A stretch of DNA of 64,000 nt, taken from Alteromonas sp. KUL49. Its GTDB lineage: Bacteria; Pseudomonadota; Gammaproteobacteria; Enterobacterales; Alteromonadaceae. Shown here in pieces: positions 31,424 to 41,048 of the stretch. The notes under the pieces were generated by a model, which searched no databases, was not told where the DNA came from, and saw only the letters and a list, made by a program, of their open reading frames with translations. The stretch spans positions 127,095-191,094 of the forward strand of contig NZ_BJKL01000006.1 of the NCBI RefSeq assembly GCF_006538345.1, read 5' to 3'. The translations under genes were made by a program, and so were the position numbers. Each line of letters begins with the position of its first letter. The stretch's first letter is position 1.

Positions 31424-32578
31424 CTAAGCGATTTTAACCAAGCTGTTAGTTAAGCCTTCTAAACCACCGTATACCGTTAAGCTATCAATGCGGTCAGCGA
31501 TTTTTTCAAGCGCCTCAAGTTCCTTTAAACGCATTAAGGTTGGGTTGTTTTCCATTACCTTTGCGGTGTTGTGCAAACTTCTTGTGGCAGAGGTTTCTTC
31601 TCTGCGTTTAATCACATTAGCTTCGGCCGCTTTTTGCGCCTCAACCACCTGATTCAATATGGCTTTCATTTCACCAGGTAAGATGATGTCTTTGACACCC
31701 ACATTAAGTAAGGACACACCGATAGCTTTTAGCTGTTGTACGACTAGCTCTTTAACTGTCTCATTGACGTACAACTTATCTAAAAGAATGTCGTCAAGGG
31801 TCTTGGTACCCACGGCCTCTCTTAGCGCCAACTGTAAGATCTTGTAGGCATAATCATCGACTTTATCCACACTTTGAGCGACTAGCTCAGTATCATCAAT
31901 CTTTATGCTCGCACTTAAGTTAATCCGTAAGCTCACGCGGTCCTTACTCAGAATCTCTTGACCTGAGACTTCCAACATCTTTGCCCGGCAATCAAAAGTT
32001 TTGAGTTCAACATCATGATTGAACTGCCAATAAGCGTGCCTACCCGGTGAAAGTCTCTTGATAAACTTACCGTCTACATACAAAAGACCCTCTTGATCTT
32101 TTGTCACCATAAGGTCGGCTATTGGCTTAGCAGCGACGGTGCGCTCGCTCCTAATCAATCTTGAAGCGCTATTTGCACCTGCTCGATTGATCAGAAACAT
32201 GAGTTGCTCATCAACTTCTAGATCTTCATCAACAACCAAGGTATCCAATCGGATATCACCGGCATCCTTCCAGAGGTATACATGTTCACTTGGCGCAACA
32301 ATGCCTCTCAGTAAGTCGTTAACATAAAGCAAACCCACTTGGTTGCTTTCTAGTTTCCAGTGAGAAACGTGTGCTTTAAGCACCTCACTATTGCGATACA
32401 AACGCTCGGCATTTCGCTCACTAAAATAGAGCTCATTAATATCGAACGTCACAAAATCATATTCTTTTTTGATATCCCAAATTTTATGCTTTCCTGGCAT
32501 AAGAACGTCAGTCAGCACTTGATTTTTAAACACTAAAACTCTCTGATTTTCGGTGACTAATTTGGTTACACTAAACAT
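31424..32578 (-). CDS. SPFH/band-7 (slipin-like) domain protein without a TM segment; first gene of the rtc operon
   Basis: The C-terminal half shows the SPFH pattern and a coiled-coil tail (…AQKAAEANVIKRREETSA…). The RBS AAGGAAAT precedes the ATG. Confidence 0.75.
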   Translation of the reverse strand: MFSVTKLVTENQRVLVFKNQVLTDVLMPGKHKIWDIKKEYDFVTFDINELYFSERNAERLYRNSEVLKAHVSHWKLESNQVGLLYVNDLLRGIVAPSEHVYLWKDAGDIRLDTLVVDEDLEVDEQLMFLINRAGANSASRLIRSERTVAAKPIADLMVTKDQEGLLYVDGKFIKRLSPGRHAYWQFNHDVELKTFDCRAKMLEVSGQEILSKDRVSLRINLSASIKIDDTELVAQSVDKVDDYAYKILQLALREAVGTKTLDDILLDKLYVNETVKELVVQQLKAIGVSLLNVGVKDIILPGEMKAILNQVVEAQKAAEANVIKRREETSATRSLHNTAKVMENNPTLMRLKELEALEKIADRIDSLTVYGGLEGLTNSLVKIA

Positions 32579-32754
32579 TTTCTATTTCCTTTTTGTTCAG
32601 CTTTAAACGGTGTTAGTAAGGGTTAATTACTTGGCAAACAAAGGTGTGAAGCTTTGTAATAACAGGGAGCCTCCTGCTTGCTGTTAATCATCAACCTCTT
32701 ACGTGTGCTAGCCAGTGGTAATAACAACTTACTAACTGTGTATCTAACATTGTG

Positions 32755-32828
32755 TTTTTTGGGTGGGACTCGAACCCACAACATCCGAATTAATTGTTCG
32801 GAGCTCTACCTGTTTGAGCTACCTAGAA
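32755..32828 (-). ncRNA. tRNA-like element 1; it has no encoded CCA and a degenerate acceptor stem
   Basis: Minus strand: TA GCTC-AAACAGGTA-GAGC T CCGAA-CAATTAA-TTCGG ATGTT GTGGG-TTCGAGT-CCCAC CCAAAAAA. D- and T-arms are perfect, but the anticodon loop lacks U33. Its 5' end abuts element 2. Confidence 0.5.
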
Positions 32829-32899
32829 TTTAAGGAAGGATTCGAACCTTCGCCGACGGCATTTTTAAGCCGTTGCTCTATCCTCTGAGCTACTTAAAT
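32827..32899 (-). ncRNA. tRNA-like element 2; full cloverleaf with an 8-nt anticodon loop and no encoded CCA
   Basis: Minus strand: ATTTAAG TA GCTC-AGAGGATA-GAGC A ACGGC-TTAAAAAT-GCCGT CGGC GAAGG-TTCGAAT-CCTTC CTTAAAT T. The acceptor, D and T stems all pair perfectly. Confidence 0.55.
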
Positions 32900-32929
32900 A
32901 GTTGTTTGATTAGGCATACGCAGTGACCA

Positions 32930-32943
32930 CTTGCTCAAGCAAG
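32930..32943. promoter_or_regulatory. Perfect palindrome CTTGCT-CA-AGCAAG, upstream of the tRNA-like elements in the rtcR / rtc-operon intergenic region
   Basis: Seen directly in the sequence. This is a candidate enhancer or operator site and is speculative. Confidence 0.3.
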
Positions 32944-33169
32944 GTCAGAGCGCACCGGAGTGATGTGTGAATCACAACCTCATAATCAGACACTCTATAC
33001 ATATCAAGTCGTGTACCAAACTCTTAAAAGTAGAAATAAAAATTAATAAATAATTGATTAATAAAAATTTATTAAGGATTTATGCTGGTATCCGTTAATC
33101 TCTTATAGATTTTCAAAACAGAAAAAAGTAATCTTAAAGATATAAATATATCTACTTGGATACACTATA

Positions 33170-34777
33170 TTGAACAAAAAAACAGTAGCGGTGAGTTTAA
33201 TCGGCTCACAACTGGATTTTGTGGGGAAGCGCGTCGACCGATGGGCGAGATGGCGTCCAAACGTAAGTTTGTGTAGCCAAGACAACTTAGTGATTGACCA
33301 GCTCCACATGCTGCATGACAACCATTCGGAACGTTTAGCGAATAACGTCGCTGTCGATATTGAGAGTGTATCCCCTGAAACAAGCGTGAGTTTGCACAAC
33401 GTTAACTTCAATGATCCATGGGACTTTGAAGAAGTGTATTCCAAGCTCTACGACTGGTGTCATCGCCAAACCTTTGATACTGATACAAACGACTACCTGT
33501 TTCATATCACAACGGGTACCCACGTTGTGCAAATTTGCAGTTACCTGCTTACCGAGAGCCGTCATTTTCCGGGACGACTTATTCAGACCTCTCCCGATAA
33601 ATACAACAAAAATCGATCGATTGGGCGTACACAGATCATCGACCTCGACTTGTCTAAGTATGACCAGTTGGCGACTCGATTCGACCGCGAGCATTTAGAG
33701 GGTAAAGCGTTTCTAAAAGGTGGTATCCAAACCAAAAACGGCGATTTTAACCGGCTGATTAGTCAGATTGAGAAAGTTGCTATTCGTTCTAGCGATCCAA
33801 TGCTACTCACTGGCCCCACTGGGGCAGGTAAAAGCCAATTAGCCACCCGTATTTTTCAACTCAAAAAACGCCGCTCTATGCTGAAGGGGGATTTGGTCTC
33901 GGTAAATTGCGCAACCCTAAAAGGCGAAAACGCGATGGCCGCGCTATTCGGCCATACACGGGGAGCATTCACAGGCGCTCAGAAGGAAAGAAGCGGATAC
34001 CTACTTACCGCCAATAAAGGGGTATTATTTTTAGATGAAATTGGTGAACTTGGCCTTGAAGAGCAGGCTATGTTACTCCATGCCATCGAGAACAAGTCTT
34101 TCCATCCCGTTGGGAGTGATCGCACTGTAGAAAGTGACTTCCAACTTATCGCCGGTACTAACAAAGACCTCAAAGATGAAGTTCACAAAGGAAGGTTCAG
34201 AGAAGACTTACTCGCGAGGATAAATCTGTGGACGTATAAATTACCTGCGCTCAAAGAACGAAAGGAAGATATTCCTGCAAATATTGATTACGAGATTGAG
34301 GTTTACGCACAAAAGAACAGCCAGCGCGTGCAATTTAATAAAGAGGCGAAGCTAGCTTTTGAAAAGTTTGCGGTATCACCAGAGGCGGTTTGGTCTGGTA
34401 ACTTTCGCGATCTAAGCTCAGCCGTTACTAGACTTTGCACACTGGCAGACTCTTCTCGTATATCTGTTGATGATGTTGAAGAAGAAATCGAGCGATTACG
34501 TGCTTCCTGGCAAACTTCAAGCGAAGCTCTTACCGTAAATCACCTCAACAGGTATTTAACTGAGGAGCAGATAGCAAACCTAGACGACTTCGATATTCAT
34601 CAACTCAGTTACGTTGTATCTGTGTGTCAACGTCACAATAGTATGGCGTCTGCTGGACGAGAGCTTTTTAACGTGAGTCGCACTAAAAAAGCACAAACCA
34701 ATGATTCAACGCGTCTACAAAAATACCTCAGCAAGTTTGGTTTGAAATGGGCACAGCTAACAAAAAGCCCGCAGTAA
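33170..34777 (+). CDS. rtcR: Sigma-54-dependent transcriptional activator RtcR (CARF-like N-terminal domain + AAA+ + HTH); TTG start
   Basis: It aligns end to end with E. coli RtcR as I recall that sequence: KTVA..G..LD, HITTGTH, GAFTGA sigma-54 contact motif and Walker A GPTGAGKS. Confidence 0.9.
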   Translation: MNKKTVAVSLIGSQLDFVGKRVDRWARWRPNVSLCSQDNLVIDQLHMLHDNHSERLANNVAVDIESVSPETSVSLHNVNFNDPWDFEEVYSKLYDWCHRQTFDTDTNDYLFHITTGTHVVQICSYLLTESRHFPGRLIQTSPDKYNKNRSIGRTQIIDLDLSKYDQLATRFDREHLEGKAFLKGGIQTKNGDFNRLISQIEKVAIRSSDPMLLTGPTGAGKSQLATRIFQLKKRRSMLKGDLVSVNCATLKGENAMAALFGHTRGAFTGAQKERSGYLLTANKGVLFLDEIGELGLEEQAMLLHAIENKSFHPVGSDRTVESDFQLIAGTNKDLKDEVHKGRFREDLLARINLWTYKLPALKERKEDIPANIDYEIEVYAQKNSQRVQFNKEAKLAFEKFAVSPEAVWSGNFRDLSSAVTRLCTLADSSRISVDDVEEEIERLRASWQTSSEALTVNHLNRYLTEEQIANLDDFDIHQLSYVVSVCQRHNSMASAGRELFNVSRTKKAQTNDSTRLQKYLSKFGLKWAQLTKSPQ

Positions 34778-34791
34778 TAGCGGGCTTTTTT
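34763..34791. terminator. Bidirectional rho-independent terminator between rtcR and ssb
   Basis: AAGCCCGC-AGTAATA-GCGGGCTT followed by TTTTT; an A-run precedes it on the other strand. The rtcR stop codon lies in the loop. Confidence 0.65.
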
Positions 34792-34814
34792 GAGTGTAAA
34801 CACGTTTTGCGGCT

Positions 34815-35369
34815 TTAGAACGGAATATCGTCATCAAAGTCAAAGTCTGGCTCAGCCATAGGCGGCTTAGGTTGCTGCCCACCTTGCTGAGGCGCTTGTT
34901 GTGGTGCTTGTTGGTATCCACCTTGATTTTGGCCACCTTGATTGTACCCACCACCTTGCTGCTGGTATCCGCCTTGGTTGTTATTTTGAGGGCGCTGTTG
35001 GTAACCACCACCGCCACCTTGTCCACCTTCAGCGCGGCCACCAAGCATTTGCATTTGGTCACAAACAATTTCAGTAGTATAACGGTCTTGACCTTGCTGA
35101 TCTTGCCACTTACGGGTTTGAAGTTTACCTTCAACATAGATTTGCGAGCCCTTTTTCAGGTATTCGCCAGCAATTTCCGCCAAACGACGGTACATAGTAA
35201 GACGGTGCCACTCTGTGCGCTCCTGAACCTGCCCCTGTTGGTCTTTCCAGCTTTCGCTTGTTGCCAAACTCAAGTTAGCAACAGCATTACCGTTAGGCAT
35301 GTATCGTACTTCAGGATCATTTCCTAGGTTACCCACCAAGATAACCTTGTTTACACCGCGAGTGGCCAT
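34815..35369 (-). CDS. ssb: Single-stranded DNA-binding protein
   Basis: OB fold ([16 protein letters not shown]), a Gly/Gln-rich linker and the acidic tail DFDDDIPF. Confidence 0.95.
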   Translation of the reverse strand: MATRGVNKVILVGNLGNDPEVRYMPNGNAVANLSLATSESWKDQQGQVQERTEWHRLTMYRRLAEIAGEYLKKGSQIYVEGKLQTRKWQDQQGQDRYTTEIVCDQMQMLGGRAEGGQGGGGGYQQRPQNNNQGGYQQQGGGYNQGGQNQGGYQQAPQQAPQQGGQQPKPPMAEPDFDFDDDIPF

Positions 35370-35651
35370 TTTTCTTTCCTATATTCTGGTATCAACGACA
35401 GCAAACGAATGTCACAAAAGCCTTGTGGCTTTGCATTTGTGGGCTCTCGAAGTACGCTGATTTCTTTACGTATGACTGATATTTTATCGCGAATCAGTTT
35501 TGTTTAGCTAGACATATTTGTGTCTAGCGCAAATGCGATACCTATCAAGAAGATGAAGAAAGATAGCACGTCATTCAATGCAAAACCACTGACGAAAGCC
35601 TAGGTTTTGCGAGGGTAAAGGGCCGATAGGCCCTCTACTTATTGACGATAA

Positions 35652-36095
35652 TTAGGCGACTTGCTGATTAGCTGTTGCTTTTCTGCCTGTTAGCTTTAGT
35701 GCTAACCATGCACCCAACATACAAAGTGGAATAGGCGACACCAGTTTACTCAGTTGTCTCGCTAGTTCGTGCTCAGGGTGTAAGAAGATACTCAATACCC
35801 CATAAATCACAAAACAAATACCCAGACTGATGGCGTATTTGTATCCTTGCGTTTTCGTTTTCAACGTTAGAATAAACGCACACAATATACCTGCTATCAC
35901 ACTGAGAATTGCCGTACCTGTACTTAGAAACTCTGAGTTAATCGCCAATTCATTGAGTGCAGCATAGTCTGTTGGCACCTCTGACAAGGTGGTTTGCCAT
36001 ACCGCGGTTAATATTACAGTCATTGTTACGGTGGCCACAATGTACAACACAAATGCAATTGCGACTGGCTTGATACTAAAGTTTTCGTTGTTCAT
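35652..36095 (-). CDS. Hypothetical membrane protein
   Basis: 147 aa with 4 predicted TM segments. Confidence 0.45.
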   Translation of the reverse strand: MNNENFSIKPVAIAFVLYIVATVTMTVILTAVWQTTLSEVPTDYAALNELAINSEFLSTGTAILSVIAGILCAFILTLKTKTQGYKYAISLGICFVIYGVLSIFLHPEHELARQLSKLVSPIPLCMLGAWLALKLTGRKATANQQVA

Positions 36096-36138
36096 CTTTT
36101 AGTTCCTTTAAGATTTGCGTTTATCGCAAATTGATTAA

Positions 36139-36675
36139 TTAAAAAGATGAGCCAATTCCATATTTCTTCGCGAGCTTTCTGGCTTGGTAGGCGAACAATA
36201 GGGCAGAACAAATCAGTACAATCGATAGAGCATCTTTAAACAACTTGAAGGTGTCGTAATCAATACGCTCCTCACCATAGGCTGTAAAAATGCCGTAAAA
36301 ACCAAACATATGACTAAGAAAAACCACAAAAAATCCAATGTAAGCATGCTTGAGTTGACGCTTACCCTCTAATTTTTTGCGCTCATTATCTGTATCGTTT
36401 TCTTGGTTTTTTACTATCTCTTGAGTGATTGTTTCTGTTGTAGTTGCATCTACAGAAGACGTCGATGTTAACGCATCAGCATCAAACAGTTCATTGACTG
36501 ATATTTCAAATACAGCTGCCAAGCATTTTATGCTTTCTTGAGAGGCGACTGATTTAGCTTCAATTCGCTGAACCGTTCGTAAGCTTAAGCCTGTCAACTC
36601 AGATAACTGTTGCTGTGACCAACACTTACTTTCTCTGAGTTGTTTTATCTTGTTTGCGTTAATTTTCAATTTCAT
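36139..36675 (-). CDS. XRE-family HTH regulator with a C-terminal transmembrane domain
   Basis: HTH_3 (…LRESKCWSQQQLSELTGLSLRTVQRIE…) plus 2 TM segments. The start was chosen at MKLKINANKIKQLRE. Confidence 0.6.
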   Translation of the reverse strand: MKLKINANKIKQLRESKCWSQQQLSELTGLSLRTVQRIEAKSVASQESIKCLAAVFEISVNELFDADALTSTSSVDATTTETITQEIVKNQENDTDNERKKLEGKRQLKHAYIGFFVVFLSHMFGFYGIFTAYGEERIDYDTFKLFKDALSIVLICSALLFAYQARKLAKKYGIGSSF

Positions 36676-36915
36676 TGTAGAGCTTCCTCTGTGGCTCGAT
36701 TTCAAGCTACCAAGAAAACTCAATTTCCTTTACGTCACTTTGTCGTAATGGTTACGTAACCAGTACGACACTTGTTGTAAAACCCTTATAATATAAAGGA
36801 TTTATTACACGTTGCAATTCGTTGCTACAACTAATATAACGCGAAATTGCAACATGCAAAACCAATAAAAAAGGCTTCGTATCGAAGCCTTTTTGCGTGT
36901 ATTTCTAGTTCTTCG

Positions 36916-38478
36916 TTACCACCATACGGTGTAAAAAGCGATGAGCAAACATACCACAGCAATCGATGCCACATTGAAACCTGAAGTGGTTTTAAATTCG
37001 ATGTCATTAAGGTCAACAGCGTTTTCATTGATACCATTTTTCTCTGCCAGAGAAGTAACAATAGCAAGTACAACACACAACAAAAATACCAACCCCACAC
37101 GATCGATAAACGGTAACTCTGGCCAGAATTGTCTCAGCACTAAACTAAATACAAACGACCCAACCGCAGCCACCAAACCACCATTGGCGGTAGTTTTCTT
37201 CCAAAACATACCAAGGACAAACAACGCGCAAATACCTGGCGTAAAGAAACCCGTAAATTCTTGAATGTACTGAAAAGCCTGGTCAAATTGACCGAGTAAC
37301 GGCTTAGCAGCGACCATGGCTATAATTAACGCAGTAAAACTTGCGATACGACCCACTTTTACATAATGATGCTGACTTTCGTCAGGACGCTTATCTTTGT
37401 ATAGGTCCATGGTAAAAATAGTCGACACACTGTTGGTCATTGATGCCAATGAAGACACAATGGCAGCCACAAGTGCAGCAAAAATGACTCCTTTTAAACC
37501 TACCGGCATCATAGTCATTAACGATGGATAGGCTTGGTCGGGTTTAGCTAAATCTGGTACCAGTAATACAGCAGCGATACCCGGTAACACTACAATGAGA
37601 GGCATCAAGAGTTTTAAGAACGCGGCAAAAGCAATGCCTTTCTGTGCCTCTTGTACACTTTTAGCCGCTAGCGTGCGCTGAATGATGTATTGGTTAAAGC
37701 CCCAATACGACAGGTTCATGATCCACATACCGCCAATCAAAACTGAAATACCTGGCAAGTCCACATAGTGTGGATTGTCTTTAGCTAGGATCATATCGAA
37801 CTTTTCAGGCAGCTGATTGGTAATGTCGATAAAGCCCTGAATAGGCCCTTGACCATCACTGATAAGATTAAGTGCCGTCCACGATAAAAAAAGACCACCG
37901 AATATCAGTAGCACGACTTGAATAATATCGGTAAGCGCTACCGCTTTTAAGCCTCCGTAGAGAGAATACGCTAGTGAGAAGACACCCAAGAAAATCATGC
38001 CATACACCATATCAACACCGGCTATAGTGTTAATGGCTAGTGCTCCTAACCAAAGTACTGCGGTTAAGTTCACAAATATGTAGACCCCAAGCCAAAACAC
38101 GGCCATGACTTTTCGTACTCTATGGTCATAGCGCTGCTCTAGAAACTGCGGCATAGTGTAGATTTTGTGCTTAAGAAAGATAGGTAAAAAGTACTTTCCA
38201 ACAATAATCAGTGTAATCGCTGCCATCCACTCATAAGATGCGATAGCAAGGCCGATTTGATAACCGGAGCCAGACATACCAATAATTTGTTCTGCAGAGA
38301 TATTTGCTGCAATTAACGATGCTCCTATTGCCCACCAAGGTAAGCTAGAGCCTGCTAAGAAATAGTCGTTGGTATCCTTTTCATGACCGGCCTTCTCTCT
38401 GGATACCCACCATGCGATACCAATAAGCGCTATCACGTAAACAGAAAATAACGTGATATCTAACGTTGCAAGTTTCAT
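36916..38478 (-). CDS. Sodium/solute symporter (SSS/SGLT family), probably Na+/galactose
   Basis: 520 aa with an SGLT-like sequence; it is the last gene of the gal operon. Confidence 0.8.
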   Translation of the reverse strand: MKLATLDITLFSVYVIALIGIAWWVSREKAGHEKDTNDYFLAGSSLPWWAIGASLIAANISAEQIIGMSGSGYQIGLAIASYEWMAAITLIIVGKYFLPIFLKHKIYTMPQFLEQRYDHRVRKVMAVFWLGVYIFVNLTAVLWLGALAINTIAGVDMVYGMIFLGVFSLAYSLYGGLKAVALTDIIQVVLLIFGGLFLSWTALNLISDGQGPIQGFIDITNQLPEKFDMILAKDNPHYVDLPGISVLIGGMWIMNLSYWGFNQYIIQRTLAAKSVQEAQKGIAFAAFLKLLMPLIVVLPGIAAVLLVPDLAKPDQAYPSLMTMMPVGLKGVIFAALVAAIVSSLASMTNSVSTIFTMDLYKDKRPDESQHHYVKVGRIASFTALIIAMVAAKPLLGQFDQAFQYIQEFTGFFTPGICALFVLGMFWKKTTANGGLVAAVGSFVFSLVLRQFWPELPFIDRVGLVFLLCVVLAIVTSLAEKNGINENAVDLNDIEFKTTSGFNVASIAVVCLLIAFYTVWW

Positions 38479-38728
38479 AAATTGTCCCGAGTTTTTGTTT
38501 TAATTTGTGCATTTACTGCACATTGCTGGGGTACAGAAAGATGAATTATTATTGTTATGATTGCTTTTACACGTGTGACGCGCGATTGCTAAACCATAAT
38601 TAACACATTTTGATGGTAGATATGAAGGGTAATTGTTTGGAAAATGTAAAAAACGCCGACCATTAAATATGCTCGGCGAAAGGGACAACCGTCGTTAAAC
38701 GGAGGACTTGCAAATTGAGAGCACTCGC

Positions 38729-39880
38729 TTATGCAAACGCTCCTTGAGTAGCGGTACAAACGTAAACGTCTGCTTTATAGCCAGTTTCGTCAAAATAATT
38801 GTATTCAACGACCTGCTTAACTACATCGACTTGATCGGTTGGTACCAAGGCAACAACACAACCACCAAAGCCGCCGCCAGTCATACGCACACCACCAGTT
38901 TCACCGATTACCTCAGAAATAATTTCTACTAGGAAATCGATAGGCTTAACAGTAATTTCAAAATCGTCACGCATAGACACGTGAGACTCCGCCATGGCTT
39001 GGCTCACAGTAGCAATATCACCATCTTTGAGTGCTTGGGCAGCAGTAAGTGTTCTAGCATTCTCAGTAATGATATGGCGAGCGCGTCGATACACTACCTC
39101 TGACATTTCACTCTTGGTGTTTTCTAGCTGCTCGAGTGTAGCGCCTCGAAGTGAGGAGACGCCCAAGATTGACGCACTTTCTTCACACTGCTCTCTGCGC
39201 AAGTTGTATTCGCTATCAACGAGACCGCGTTTTACATTAGAGTTAATAATGACAATTTGGTGAGTCGACGGTAATGGCGAGTGTTCGATAGCCAACGACT
39301 GGCAATCAAGTAACATAGCCTTTCCTTCGTTACCCATTGCAGATATCAACTGATCCATAATGCCACACGAACAACCCACAAAGGTATTCTCGGCTTTTTG
39401 GCCAAGCAAAGCTGCTTGAACACCGTCAAGAGGCAGTTCATACAATGCGCTAATCGCCTTTAAGATAGCGACTTCAAAAGATGCCGAAGAGCTAAGGCCA
39501 GCGCCTTGCGGAACATTACCCGTTACCAGTAAGTTTGCTCCGCCAAAATCCGGCAAGGCTTCTTTAAGGACTTTAACCACACCACGCACATAGTTTGCCC
39601 AACCTTGTTCGTTGTCAAACTGAATGTCGTCTAACGGAAACTGGTTTTGCTGATTATCATAATCAACGGCAGTGACCAGAATAGTGTTGTCATCGCGCTT
39701 TGTTGCAGCCACCCACGTACCAAAGTTAATGGCCGCCGGGAACACAAAACCCTCGTTGTAATCAGTATGTTCACCGATAATATTAACGCGACCTGGGGCA
39801 TGTACTAACACCTTAGGCGCAGCAGAATAAGTCTGCTCAAATTGTTCGGTAAATGCTTGATTATCCATTGCTCTTCTCAT
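38729..39880 (-). CDS. galK: Galactokinase
   Basis: GHMP kinase motifs ([11 protein letters not shown]) and a GalK signature near the N-terminus. Confidence 0.9.
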   Translation of the reverse strand: MRRAMDNQAFTEQFEQTYSAAPKVLVHAPGRVNIIGEHTDYNEGFVFPAAINFGTWVAATKRDDNTILVTAVDYDNQQNQFPLDDIQFDNEQGWANYVRGVVKVLKEALPDFGGANLLVTGNVPQGAGLSSSASFEVAILKAISALYELPLDGVQAALLGQKAENTFVGCSCGIMDQLISAMGNEGKAMLLDCQSLAIEHSPLPSTHQIVIINSNVKRGLVDSEYNLRREQCEESASILGVSSLRGATLEQLENTKSEMSEVVYRRARHIITENARTLTAAQALKDGDIATVSQAMAESHVSMRDDFEITVKPIDFLVEIISEVIGETGGVRMTGGGFGGCVVALVPTDQVDVVKQVVEYNYFDETGYKADVYVCTATQGAFA

Positions 39881-40916
39881 TTTTCTTGTAGTGTACTGTA
39901 GGTAATGCTTTCAATCGGTCAGCGGCTTGCTCTGGCGTTAAGTCACGCTGGGCCTCAGCCATCATTTCATAGCCCACCATAAATTTACGTACACTCGCTG
40001 AACGCAATAGCGGTGGGAAGAAGTGCGCGTGAAGCGTCCATTCTGGATGCTCTTGTTTGTCGAATGGTGCACTGTGCCAGCCCATTGAGTAAGGGAATGA
40101 CGTTTCGAACAAATTGTCGTAACGAGCAGTGATTTCACCAATGATAGACGCCAGCGCTTTACCTTGTTCGTCGTTAATATGGTGTAGCGCTTGGACATTA
40201 AAGCGTGGCAGTAACAAGGTTTCGAAAGGCCAAGCTGCCCAGTAAGGTACAACAACAACCCAGTGGTCGTTTTGACACACTACACGCTCTTGCTTTGCCA
40301 CTTCTTGCTCTGCGTAATCTAACAACATAGGGCGACCGTTTTCACGATAGTACTCGCCCAACTGGACCACTTTCTTAGCAGGATCCGATGGAATGTGCTT
40401 CTGCGCCCATACTTGACCATGAGGGTGAGGGTTAGAGCAGCCCATCATTGAGCCTTTGTTCTCGAACACTTGCACCCAGGTGTAAAGTTGACCCAGCTCT
40501 TCAGTTTGCTCCTTCCAACAATTAACCACATCAAAACGTTCTTCATCTGTCAGTTCAGGAAGAGTTTTGCTGTGGTCAGGCGAGAAACAAATAACACGGC
40601 TACAACCTTGTTCGGTCTCGAATCGGAATAAACCAGAATCTTCACCGTCTTGCACTGTGTCTTTCTTCAGTGCTGCAAAGTCATTTTCAAATACATAGGT
40701 CCCTGTGTATTTTTCATTCACTTCGCCATTTACACGAGTATTACCCGGACACAAGTAGCAGGTTGGGTCATAAGATGGCTTTTGCTCATTGTTTGGCTCT
40801 TCGGACTGACCTTGCCACGGGCGCTTCGCACGGTGTGGAGAGACAAGCACCCACTCGCCTAGCAACGGATTATATCGACGATGCGGATCATTTGTTGGGT
40901 CAAAGGACGTTCCCAT
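39861..40916 (-). CDS. galT: Galactose-1-phosphate uridylyltransferase
   Basis: C-x-x-C Zn site and HPHGQ active site; it overlaps galK. Confidence 0.9.
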   Translation of the reverse strand: MGTSFDPTNDPHRRYNPLLGEWVLVSPHRAKRPWQGQSEEPNNEQKPSYDPTCYLCPGNTRVNGEVNEKYTGTYVFENDFAALKKDTVQDGEDSGLFRFETEQGCSRVICFSPDHSKTLPELTDEERFDVVNCWKEQTEELGQLYTWVQVFENKGSMMGCSNPHPHGQVWAQKHIPSDPAKKVVQLGEYYRENGRPMLLDYAEQEVAKQERVVCQNDHWVVVVPYWAAWPFETLLLPRFNVQALHHINDEQGKALASIIGEITARYDNLFETSFPYSMGWHSAPFDKQEHPEWTLHAHFFPPLLRSASVRKFMVGYEMMAEAQRDLTPEQAADRLKALPTVHYKKNEKSNG

Positions 40917-41048
40917 AATTACTCTCTATTAAAGCCAAATCAAGGCAAAGGTTAAACGTTTACCCTAAATACTATATCAAGGGCGATAGATTATCAATTC
41001 TCCAATAAAGAAAATTATTTGTTAAATAATTGTAGTGTAAAAATACAA

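Noticed and set aside
32755-32899. I considered calling the two elements ordinary tRNA genes.
   Set aside because: Neither has a 7-nt anticodon loop with U33 and a sensible anticodon, neither encodes CCA, and element 1 lacks an independent 5' acceptor strand. They are reported as tRNA-like ncRNAs instead.
36831-37100. An 89-aa minus-strand ORF overlapping the 3' end of the Na+/solute symporter gene.
   Set aside because: It is an alternative frame of the transporter region and has no independent support.
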